DNA of 63,850 nt, counting the filler. It is 4 parts of 4 records of this genome, joined end to end, with 100 filler letters (N's around TTAATTAATTAA, not from the genome) between each part and the next. Parts side by side here need not be neighbours in the genome. Positions count along the whole stretch, not along the records: positions 14,939 to 43,143 come from SRR20825006_1687; 3 more parts are not named here. One strand, given 5' to 3'. Positions 19,306-26,647 of this stretch are shown here, in pieces (position 1 is the stretch's first letter; each line of letters opens with the position of its first letter). The position numbers were made by a program, and so were the translations under genes. Under the pieces are notes generated by a model that did no database searches, was not told the DNA's origin, and saw only the letters and a program-made list of their open reading frames with translations.

Positions 19306-19666
19306 TAAATCAACTGCTCTAATTTTTACTCACTCGTACTGGGGATTAAGCCGCATGAACAGAGAAGACCGAACCTTTTCTGTCCGGGTGGAAATGCTGG
19401 GGATCGCTCTCAAAGAGGACCGACAACTATTTGGATCATCCAAACCTTGTTCCTGTGATGCCAGGTCAAAACCTGGTAGGAGCGCTTTTAAATATCGTCT
19501 TTCTGGGAGCTGAGAGTTTAAAGGCAGGTTTTTATAAATAGAGAAAGGAAGCGCTGTTTCCGCTTTTCTGAAGCCGTGGAACAGAAAATTGTCACATTAG
19601 TAATGAAGGAACAGCGGATTCCTATAAATAACACTAACGATTGCGAAAACAGAACGAGGAAATTAT

Positions 19667-19852
19667 ATGAAACAAGAAAATGAAACGGATATTGGATTAA
19701 ACGCGCTAGGGGGAAACATGGTAAATGGCGGGCTCGCCGGCACACCTGTATTGGTCATCTGCGGCGCCCCAGTGTGGCTTATTATGGTGCCCGTCGTAGT
19801 GACTCTGGTAGGCGTACTGATTTGCACCCGGTCCTTTTGGTGGCGTCGCTGA
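19667..19852 (+). CDS. Small membrane peptide (61 aa)
   Basis: GAGGA RBS; C-terminal hydrophobic helix followed by RSFWWRR. Confidence 0.45.
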   Translation: MKQENETDIGLNALGGNMVNGGLAGTPVLVICGAPVWLIMVPVVVTLVGVLICTRSFWWRR

Positions 19853-20080
19853 TAATCTCAGCTTCGCCAGCCTGCTCCCTAGTGGGCTGGCTGGACTGCG
19901 GCAGGCGATTAAGGAATGGGGAATATTTTTGCAATTTAGTGCATCTCATGAACTATAGAAGTTTACTTAACTACCTGTTTTTACGGTTTTAGTGCTACAT
20001 TTTTTCTAATCAGTATTCTAGAGATCAATGCATGGTCCTGTTCAAATTGCTCGCATGGTAGATCAACAGGAGCCTGCACC

Positions 20081-20203
20081 ATGACCAATACACCGCACTG
20101 GCTGAACAACTTCATCGCCGCCGCCACCGCCATGCCCACGGAGAACTTGGCCGTTGTCGCAATGACCCTGGTCGCGTTAGCGGTAATCTGGAGAAACAGT
20201 TGA
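20081..20203 (+). CDS. 40-aa hydrophobic peptide (type I toxin-like)
   Basis: AGGAG RBS; MTNTPHWLNNFIAAATAMPTENLAVVAMTLVALAVIWRNS; stop 1 nt before the next ATG. Confidence 0.55.
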   Translation: MTNTPHWLNNFIAAATAMPTENLAVVAMTLVALAVIWRNS

Positions 20204-20204
20204 A

Positions 20205-21074
20205 ATGAGCGACCAAAGCACCAGTTTGAGAGAAGACCGGTTCTCGCCGATACCGCGCTACTGGCTGGGCAAGGTGGGGCATTCCCCCTGGTCGTTGGCC
20301 AGAGCTACCCTTCACGACCCCTTCCTCTTTCCTACAGGGTTGCCTTGGCGGCCAACAACCGGCGGGGTTATTGCTGCCCTGAAGATCTACATTGCTCTGG
20401 TGGCCATGGCGGACGACAAAAAACAGGAAAGAAATGTGGGCAAGCACTGCTTGCGAACCACCTATGAGGAAATCCAGTTGTATCTGAAGCTATCCAGGGC
20501 CCTGGTGTGCGAGGGGCTGAAACTGCTGGAGGCGACAGACGCGCTCGAACGGCTTGGCTACAAACCGCTGGTCTACCGGATTAAAGGCTTGGACCCGGAG
20601 CGGTCGGACGAATGGAAAGGACACGTTAAGCTGCCCAAGGGTCACCTGTTTGGTCTTCGTCGCTACTCAAGCGCGAACCCGATCATGCTCGCCGAGTACC
20701 CCAGCCGAGGAAAGACCGCGATGAACGGTCTGGTTCTTTATCTCCTTTTGCTGTCAGTATGCCAGCGCCACACGAATGTTTCGTTCATCGCATACGATCG
20801 TATCCGGGAGCGCACGGGCCTTGATAGCAAAGAGGTGCGGCAGGCCCTTGATGTGTTGATCAACCATGATCTTATTACCGTCCTTAGAGTAACCAACCAA
20901 AGCACCATGGAAGCGTTAGGCTTGCCAATGCCAGCACAGGCCCTCTCGGGCACCCCCAATGTCTACTTGATCAAAGGCCTTAAGGGACGCAAGTACAATG
21001 AACGCATCAACACCCTGGATGAGTACGTTCAAGTAGCAGCAAACCACCACGCGATGCAGGACTTCTCTGAATGA
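20205..21074 (+). CDS. Hypothetical protein with two winged-HTH-like repeats
   Basis: 'LKIYIAL...TYEEIQLYLKLSRALVCEGLKLL' and 'LVLYLLL...AYDRIRERTGLDSKEVRQALDVL'. Confidence 0.7.
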   Translation: MSDQSTSLREDRFSPIPRYWLGKVGHSPWSLARATLHDPFLFPTGLPWRPTTGGVIAALKIYIALVAMADDKKQERNVGKHCLRTTYEEIQLYLKLSRALVCEGLKLLEATDALERLGYKPLVYRIKGLDPERSDEWKGHVKLPKGHLFGLRRYSSANPIMLAEYPSRGKTAMNGLVLYLLLLSVCQRHTNVSFIAYDRIRERTGLDSKEVRQALDVLINHDLITVLRVTNQSTMEALGLPMPAQALSGTPNVYLIKGLKGRKYNERINTLDEYVQVAANHHAMQDFSE

Positions 21075-21150
21075 ACCCGGGCTTCGGGGAAAGAGACAGG
21101 AGATCCACGGCTGAAAGCCGGTGTCTCGCATCTGCGATATCCCCCTCCTT

Positions 21151-21286
21151 TGTTGTCAAAACCTTTTATTTTGACAACACCAGCCTTAAGGCCTTTCTTT
21201 TAGTGGCTTTTCGCGCCTCTGGACTGCCCATTTATACCGCCGATCCGTGGCATTTCTGTTGTCATTTTTGCATAATGAATGACAAC
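21151..21286. promoter_or_regulatory. Two related inverted repeats, candidate resolution (res) site/operator
   Basis: TGTTGTCAAAA-N7-TTTTGACAACA (21151-21179) and GTTGTCATT-N11-AATGACAAC (21258-21286), upstream of the resolvase operon. Confidence 0.65.
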
Positions 21287-21325
21287 GACTTGGTCCTTTT
21301 GTCTCAACATTTCGGAGAACGCTCA

Positions 21326-21565
21326 ATGGACAATTTTCAGTTCATCACCATAGAAGCTACAGAAAGCAGCAAGGGTTATACGGCCACCATTCAGATCCGT
21401 CACATCGTAAGTATCATCAGCGCCAAAGACACCTCTGGAAAGCCTCAGAGGGACAATCTGCACGCCATCCACCTAGTAAATGGTCAGAAGATTTGGGTAG
21501 AAAAAACCTACGAGGAAATTCTTAGCATCATTAAGAACTGTGTGTCGTTTCCTGTGGTCGGCTGA
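21326..21565 (+). CDS. 79-aa protein resembling FlbD/SwrD-like small beta-fold proteins
   Basis: GGAG RBS, ATG at 21326; 'IRHIVSI...IHLVNGQKIWVEKTYEEILSII'; TGATG overlap with the resolvase. Confidence 0.55.
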   Translation: MDNFQFITIEATESSKGYTATIQIRHIVSIISAKDTSGKPQRDNLHAIHLVNGQKIWVEKTYEEILSIIKNCVSFPVVG

Positions 21566-22275
21566 TGACAGCTATCGATCACCTGGCCATCGCTCCGGGT
21601 CAAGCACCCACCACTCCGGTTCACCCGGTCGAGCTATGGCGAGGCCGTGTGGAGATCAACTGGCCCTACCTGGTAGAGCGTCGGCCTCTGACCTTGCAGC
21701 TTCACCCGGAACTGCCGCCTTACCTACTGCTACCCGAAGTCCACCAACTGCTCGATGCGGCCACCCACCCACGCGACCACCTGTTGGCATCACTGCTGTG
21801 GCACACCGGCGCTCGCATTTCCGAGGCGCTGGCCATCACCCCCGACCACCTGAAGTTGCAGGATCAGTGGTCGTCGGGGGTGCTGCTGGATCAACTGAAG
21901 AAGCGGGGCCGTCCGCGCCAGGCGAAACGCCAGATTCTGCGTAAGCGCTGGGTGCCCATCACCGACGAACGCTTTATCCTGGAGCTCCAACGGTACATGG
22001 AAGGCCAAGGCATTCGCGCTGGGGAGCGCTTGTTTCCGTTTACCCGGCAATGGGGATATAAAAGAATCACCAACCTGGCAGCGCGGGTAGATTCCCTGGT
22101 GGACGTTCACCCGCATACCCTGCGCCACTCGTTCGCCTGCAACGCCATACTGCACGGCCAACCGCTGACTGTGGTCCGAGATTGGCTGGGGCATTCAGAC
22201 ATTCAGCAGACCGAAATCTACACGCGGGTATTGGCCACTGAAACCAATCATCTGATGCGTTACATGGCCTTTTAA
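21565..22275 (+). CDS. Tyrosine recombinase, ResD/Rsd-like plasmid multimer resolvase
   Basis: 'LWHTGARISEAL' (R), 'QLKK' (K), 'HTLRHSFA' (HxxR), 'LGHSDI..TEIY' (H,Y); short form without an N-terminal SAM-like domain. Confidence 0.9.
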   Translation: MTAIDHLAIAPGQAPTTPVHPVELWRGRVEINWPYLVERRPLTLQLHPELPPYLLLPEVHQLLDAATHPRDHLLASLLWHTGARISEALAITPDHLKLQDQWSSGVLLDQLKKRGRPRQAKRQILRKRWVPITDERFILELQRYMEGQGIRAGERLFPFTRQWGYKRITNLAARVDSLVDVHPHTLRHSFACNAILHGQPLTVVRDWLGHSDIQQTEIYTRVLATETNHLMRYMAF

Positions 22276-22299
22276 ATGCAGCCTCTGTGTTAACACGCT

Positions 22300-22581
22300 T
22301 TACTGCGGATCGACCTTTTCGCATTGCCCTGCAGCAAAGCCAAAGCGTTGATCGTTTTGCATCCGGCTATCGATGCACTGCCAGTATTTCAGGCTACGGC
22401 TGTTGTGCTGGCACATCTGGCCAACCTCGACATGGCCTTCACCCGCCTGCTTGCGATTCTCCATCATTTGTTCGATTACACGCTCACATGCCTGCTTCGC
22501 TTGCGCTTCTTCGTTCGCCTGCGCTGACAGCGCCACGCCAAAGGCCATACAGCTTACGATCATCAATCGTGAAACTCTCAA
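22300..22581 (-). CDS. Small secreted four-Cys helical protein
   Basis: GAGGA RBS, TTG start, signal peptide ending AQA, four Cys in the mature part. Confidence 0.65.
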   Translation of the reverse strand: MRVSRLMIVSCMAFGVALSAQANEEAQAKQACERVIEQMMENRKQAGEGHVEVGQMCQHNSRSLKYWQCIDSRMQNDQRFGFAAGQCEKVDPQ

Positions 22582-22597
22582 AATTGTTCCTCGCCGG

Positions 22598-22732
22598 TTA
22601 ATCCCTACAAATTCCGAGTGAAAGACGTTCGGTCGCCATAAGTGGTCTGACTCGCCCGGAAGACCCGCCGTTAGTGTGCCACAACCTGCTCATTAATCAC
22701 GCCTTTCTATGTAATCCCTACAAATTCCGAGT
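22598..22732 (+). repeat. Two extended iteron copies outside the main array
   Basis: TTAATCCCTACAAATTCCGAGTG (22598-22620) and TAATCCCTACAAATTCCGAGT (22712-22732). Confidence 0.85.
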
Positions 22733-22968
22733 ACTCAGGACTCTTCCCGGGCGGAGCTAACTCTTTCCCCTATTGCCATTCAGGCCCACCATGCTATCTC
22801 TGGGTTGGGATTAAGGAATGTTGTTTGGTCACCCGCCAGGGGACCCCGCCCGCGCAGCGGGAAGGAGGGGATCATTTAAAGGCCAAGCTTTGCTTGGGGC
22901 GGAGGTGGTTTACCACCGGAGGGCAGGTGCTGTTTGCTTTTGAAACGATCGGGCACAGGACTTATAAA

Positions 22969-22977
22969 TTATCCACA
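22969..22977 (+). promoter_or_regulatory. DnaA box
   Basis: Perfect TTATCCACA, followed by a T-rich segment and iterons; near-match CTATCCACA at 23189-23197. Confidence 0.85.
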
Positions 22978-23085
22978 GAGTTGCAGGCCTTTTTAAATCC
23001 TTTTTTCATGTTTTTAATCTTGTTTTTAATACTTGTTTTTAGGGCTGAAAAATCCATTTAAACCATTGGGTTATGGTAGGTGTCA

Positions 23086-23264
23086 CCTACACTTTCCGAG
23101 CAACTACCTACACTTTCCGAGTGAACCCCTACAAATTCCGAGAATTATCACTACAGATTCCGAGCTTCATCCCTACACTTCCCGAGCACTATCCACAGCC
23201 CCTACACTTTCCGAGTGGTGCCTGTTAATCCGGCTTCACTCTGTTAATCCCTACAAATTCCGAG
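23086..23264 (+). repeat. Iteron array of plasmid oriV (7 copies, consensus CCTACA(C/A)(T/A)TTCCGAG)
   Basis: Copies start at 23086, 23107, 23128, 23150, 23172, 23201 and 23250; the first five have 21-22-bp spacing; directly upstream of rep. Confidence 0.92.
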
Positions 23265-23354
23265 TAGATATATTCCTACATTTTCAATCAATGCCTACAC
23301 AAGGACAGTTTGTAGTGATATTGTTTAGCTCTACAATTACGGAGGAATGTAGGG

Positions 23355-24077
23355 ATGCAGCAAGCGTTAAGGATAGCGAAATCAAACGCTCTGGTAGAAG
23401 CGGCTTACAAGCTGACCCTGAATGAACAGCGGCTTCTTTTGGCGGTCATCGCGAGAATTGATTCTCGGCGCTCCATGAAACACTTCACCTTCTCCATCAC
23501 AGCACTGGAGTTTGCCGAAATGTTTGATATAGAGCTTCAGACCGCTTACGAGGCCCTACAGGACGCTTCTGCCTCTTTGTTTGAGCGAGACATCAGGACA
23601 TTCGATGGCCGCATTAAAGCGCGCTTCAGGTGGGTAGAGAGAATCGCCTATATCGATGGTGAATCTCGCGTCGAGCTGACATTCACCTTGCACGTTGCCC
23701 CGTACCTTACTCAGCTACACAAGAATTTCACCGCCTACGGTTTCCACCAGGTATCTCAACTCAAATCCAGCTATTCCATTCGTCTTTTTGAAATGCTGAT
23801 TCAGTACCGACAGACCGGCTGGGTTCAGATCTCGCTGAACAAGTTCAGGGAACGACTGATGCTTGAGAAGAGCTATCAGCGTTTTGATAACTTGAAAGCC
23901 CGGGTTATCAATCCGGCGATTAAAGAGCTCGAAGAAAAGTCTAGCCTGATCATTCAATGGGAACCGATCCGGAACGGCCGTAAAATTGAAGCCTTGCGAT
24001 TTACCTTCAAAGAAGATGAACAGAGAGATCTGTTCAAAGAAGGGTTGGAGGACGAGACGGTTCTTGCACCAGCGTAA
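23355..24077 (+). CDS. repB: Rep_3 family plasmid replication initiator
   Basis: 'KSNALVEAAYKLTLNEQRLLL', 'LKSSYSIRLFEML.QY', 'LKARVINPAIKEL', 'GRKI..L.F'; GGAGG RBS. Confidence 0.95.
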   Translation: MQQALRIAKSNALVEAAYKLTLNEQRLLLAVIARIDSRRSMKHFTFSITALEFAEMFDIELQTAYEALQDASASLFERDIRTFDGRIKARFRWVERIAYIDGESRVELTFTLHVAPYLTQLHKNFTAYGFHQVSQLKSSYSIRLFEMLIQYRQTGWVQISLNKFRERLMLEKSYQRFDNLKARVINPAIKELEEKSSLIIQWEPIRNGRKIEALRFTFKEDEQRDLFKEGLEDETVLAPA

Positions 24078-24080
24078 ACG

Positions 24081-24112
24081 AAGAACGCCTGGTCATTGCC
24101 AGGCGTTTTCTT
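24081..24112. terminator. Bidirectional intrinsic terminator
   Basis: AAGAACGCCTGG-tcattg-CCAGGCGTTTTCTT between convergent genes. Confidence 0.75.
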
Positions 24113-24133
24113 GTTCACTTCAAGGATCGCAGT

Positions 24134-24532
24134 TCATAGGCGAATCATAAGGCCGTCCCTGCTGGAAAAGTCCCACATTGCCCCCTCTTGAGACTGTGTG
24201 GTGAATACAACATCCTCATTCGAATCAACACAGATATAGCCTGCCAAACGGCCAAACTCTACCTCTTCGTCCCCACCAGCATAAGGATTGAAGTGTAAGC
24301 TCCACTTGGAGTATCCATGAGAAATGTGCTCAATGTTTAATCGTGGGATTGAATGCTCTTTCCCAAGGATATCGGTGTAGGTCACAAAGGTTAAAGAGCT
24401 ACTGTCCCATCCAGGATACAGCTTTCCGAAAACGTTTTTATCACCTTCAGAAGTTAGCTTTGCGATCTTGCTATACCCATCCTCCAGTCTCTGACACTGG
24501 TTTACGTTGCTCATGTAGTACTTCTTGGCCAT
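24134..24532 (-). CDS. Hypothetical protein (132 aa)
   Basis: AAGGAG RBS, clean ORF; no family recognised. Confidence 0.6.
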   Translation of the reverse strand: MAKKYYMSNVNQCQRLEDGYSKIAKLTSEGDKNVFGKLYPGWDSSSLTFVTYTDILGKEHSIPRLNIEHISHGYSKWSLHFNPYAGGDEEVEFGRLAGYICVDSNEDVVFTTQSQEGAMWDFSSRDGLMIRL

Positions 24533-24603
24533 GCATGCTCCTTTCAGTGACTCCCTACCTATGCTGGTGGGGAAGCGATTTTTCAGAATGTCTTGCTTTC
24601 TGG

Positions 24604-26613
24604 TTAGTAATCAAAATAGACCGTAGCGCTTTCGACCGTGGTAAACCCCGCCCTATCAGTGACTGAGACGCTGATCGTGTGGTTGGTGTTGTTGCTGTAG
24701 TTGCTCACGTTTAACTCGGTGCTCACAAGGTTGTCAGCTGACGACTGAGAGTATTGAGTTCCGTCCACCAAAAACAGTACAGCTGCCTCTACTTGGTCAG
24801 GATTCTCGATGAGCGCCACGATATCGAAGTCTCCGGTTATGACATCTCCCTCCCATGGATTCGAAAGCGTGACTTCTGGCGGGGTGTTGTCAAAAAACAG
24901 CTCTTTTGACAGCATCGTGGCGTTCCCTACCCCATCGACCACCTCCAACGTCGCCAGGTACATTCCATCTTCGTAGTTATTGGTATCAATAGACGTAGAA
25001 AATGGGCTTGAATTAAATGTATCTACTAGGTCACCTTCAACATACAACCGGGCCTCAGCAATGCCAGTGTTGTCATCAAACTGTCCTGTCACAGCCTGGC
25101 TGCCAGTAGCTACCTCCGTGCTTTCCAGGTTCCATTCAGCATTTGGGGCGACGTTGTCCAGATCGAAGGTCACCGTCTCAGTCGTTGTCGCGCCAACCTC
25201 ACTGGTCACGGAAATATCTAGGGAATACGTTTGATCCTGGTCAGCAAACTGCACTGTATCGATGGCCACGGATGGGGATGACAAAGAATTGGGAAAGTAA
25301 GAGGCCCCATTTACATCGAATCGTACCGACTGAATGCCTCCAGGGTCTGAAACATCTGCGGAGAACAGAAACTCTCCTCCAATAATTTGCCCATCAAAGG
25401 GCCTAATGTCGTCAATTACCGTGCTTTGATTCGCCACCACAATAATCACTGCTTTTTCGGTGACTGCACCGAGGTAGTTACGCGCGCGAAGGGTTACTTC
25501 CAGACTCCCATCATTAAACCCAGTTGTATCTATTGTGAATTCTGGGGATTCGTCAGAACCTGCAAACTCGTACAGGGAGCCGTTCACAAACAATGAGACC
25601 TCTTCGAGGCCAACAACATCAACAATGGACGCAGTAACTAGAACCACGCCAGCGACTATCTGCTGATCTTCAACAGACAGCCCAGCAATTTCTGGCTTAT
25701 TCAGATTAAGAGGTGCGACCGGTTCACCTGCAAACAAAGACGACTGCGATTGATTTAACGCCTCTGCAAACGGCAACAAATCTTCTACATCAATCGTTGT
25801 AACGTTCTGCTCGCCGCTCGCAAAAGAGAGCAAGCCCAGAGCCAACCCTTGTCGATATCGCTCCACTGACATAGCGGAGCCCCCAAACAACAATTGGCCG
25901 GATTCTCCTTTTCCGTCCAGAAAACCGTCCGCCTTTACATCTTTATATGCTGTCTGCACAAAGCCTGCAGAGCTCCCATCTTCCGAGCTCTGGAAACCCC
26001 AGGCAGCGATCTGAGAAACGGCACCATCAATGAAGCCATACTTAACCTCATCACTAAGCCCTTCGAGCTCAGGTGACCGTATATCGATTGGAGTAGTGGT
26101 TTTCGGGTCGAAAGTGAGCCATTGGCTGACTTCTTCCCGGGCTTGTTCAATGGCCTTGTTTAGCTCCACTCCGAGCTGAACATTCCGCTCTGCGAGCCCC
26201 GCAACAAGGGATGAGTGAAACGTCATAGGTATGACGCTTTCAGATCCGGCCTCATAGGAAAGTAAAGCTCGATAGCCAGCACTGTCGGTCATTTCAATAA
26301 ATCGACCGTCGGCCAACTCCACATAACCACCACGAGCGACAATAAGAAGTGGCTGAGACTCTATCCCTTCCATGCTGACTTCAAACTGGCCCTGCCGATT
26401 GATGGAGGTTGAGGCAAGTAAATTGCTTGCCTCACCTTTCCAAGAATAGACGCGAGCATCACCGTAGCTGAAGCCACCCTGTATCTGACCTGCAATTAAC
26501 CCATTTGCCGTTGTAGAGGTGTCGGAAGCGGAAGCGGTATCACTCCCACCCCCTCCACACCCCGACAGGCTCAACAATAGCGCGAAAACTACTGGCGTTC
26601 TCATTGCTTCCAT
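24604..26613 (-). CDS. Lipoprotein with four bacterial Ig-like (Big_7-type) repeats
   Basis: Lipobox LSGC plus Gly/Ser linker; ~90-aa repeats 'P......G.V...A...D..G...V.L.V.G...F.IDT...DG...L'. Confidence 0.85.
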   Translation of the reverse strand: MEAMRTPVVFALLLSLSGCGGGGSDTASASDTSTTANGLIAGQIQGGFSYGDARVYSWKGEASNLLASTSINRQGQFEVSMEGIESQPLLIVARGGYVELADGRFIEMTDSAGYRALLSYEAGSESVIPMTFHSSLVAGLAERNVQLGVELNKAIEQAREEVSQWLTFDPKTTTPIDIRSPELEGLSDEVKYGFIDGAVSQIAAWGFQSSEDGSSAGFVQTAYKDVKADGFLDGKGESGQLLFGGSAMSVERYRQGLALGLLSFASGEQNVTTIDVEDLLPFAEALNQSQSSLFAGEPVAPLNLNKPEIAGLSVEDQQIVAGVVLVTASIVDVVGLEEVSLFVNGSLYEFAGSDESPEFTIDTTGFNDGSLEVTLRARNYLGAVTEKAVIIVVANQSTVIDDIRPFDGQIIGGEFLFSADVSDPGGIQSVRFDVNGASYFPNSLSSPSVAIDTVQFADQDQTYSLDISVTSEVGATTTETVTFDLDNVAPNAEWNLESTEVATGSQAVTGQFDDNTGIAEARLYVEGDLVDTFNSSPFSTSIDTNNYEDGMYLATLEVVDGVGNATMLSKELFFDNTPPEVTLSNPWEGDVITGDFDIVALIENPDQVEAAVLFLVDGTQYSQSSADNLVSTELNVSNYSNNTNHTISVSVTDRAGFTTVESATVYFDY

Positions 26614-26647
26614 GCCTTTTATAACGAAGATTTGTTTCGAATCAATC

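Noticed and set aside
21071-21325. N-terminal half of the 164-aa ORF
   Set aside because: It overlaps the inverted-repeat region; an SD supports the internal ATG at 21326.
21565-22275. Integron integrase with cassettes
   Set aside because: It is too short, lacks the IntI-specific insertion, and I found no convincing attC sites (RYYYAAC...GTTRRRY).
23086-23264. Regularly spaced repeats as a CRISPR array
   Set aside because: The units are 15 bp with 6-7-bp gaps, directly upstream of a Rep_3 gene and beside a DnaA box, with no cas genes. These are iterons.
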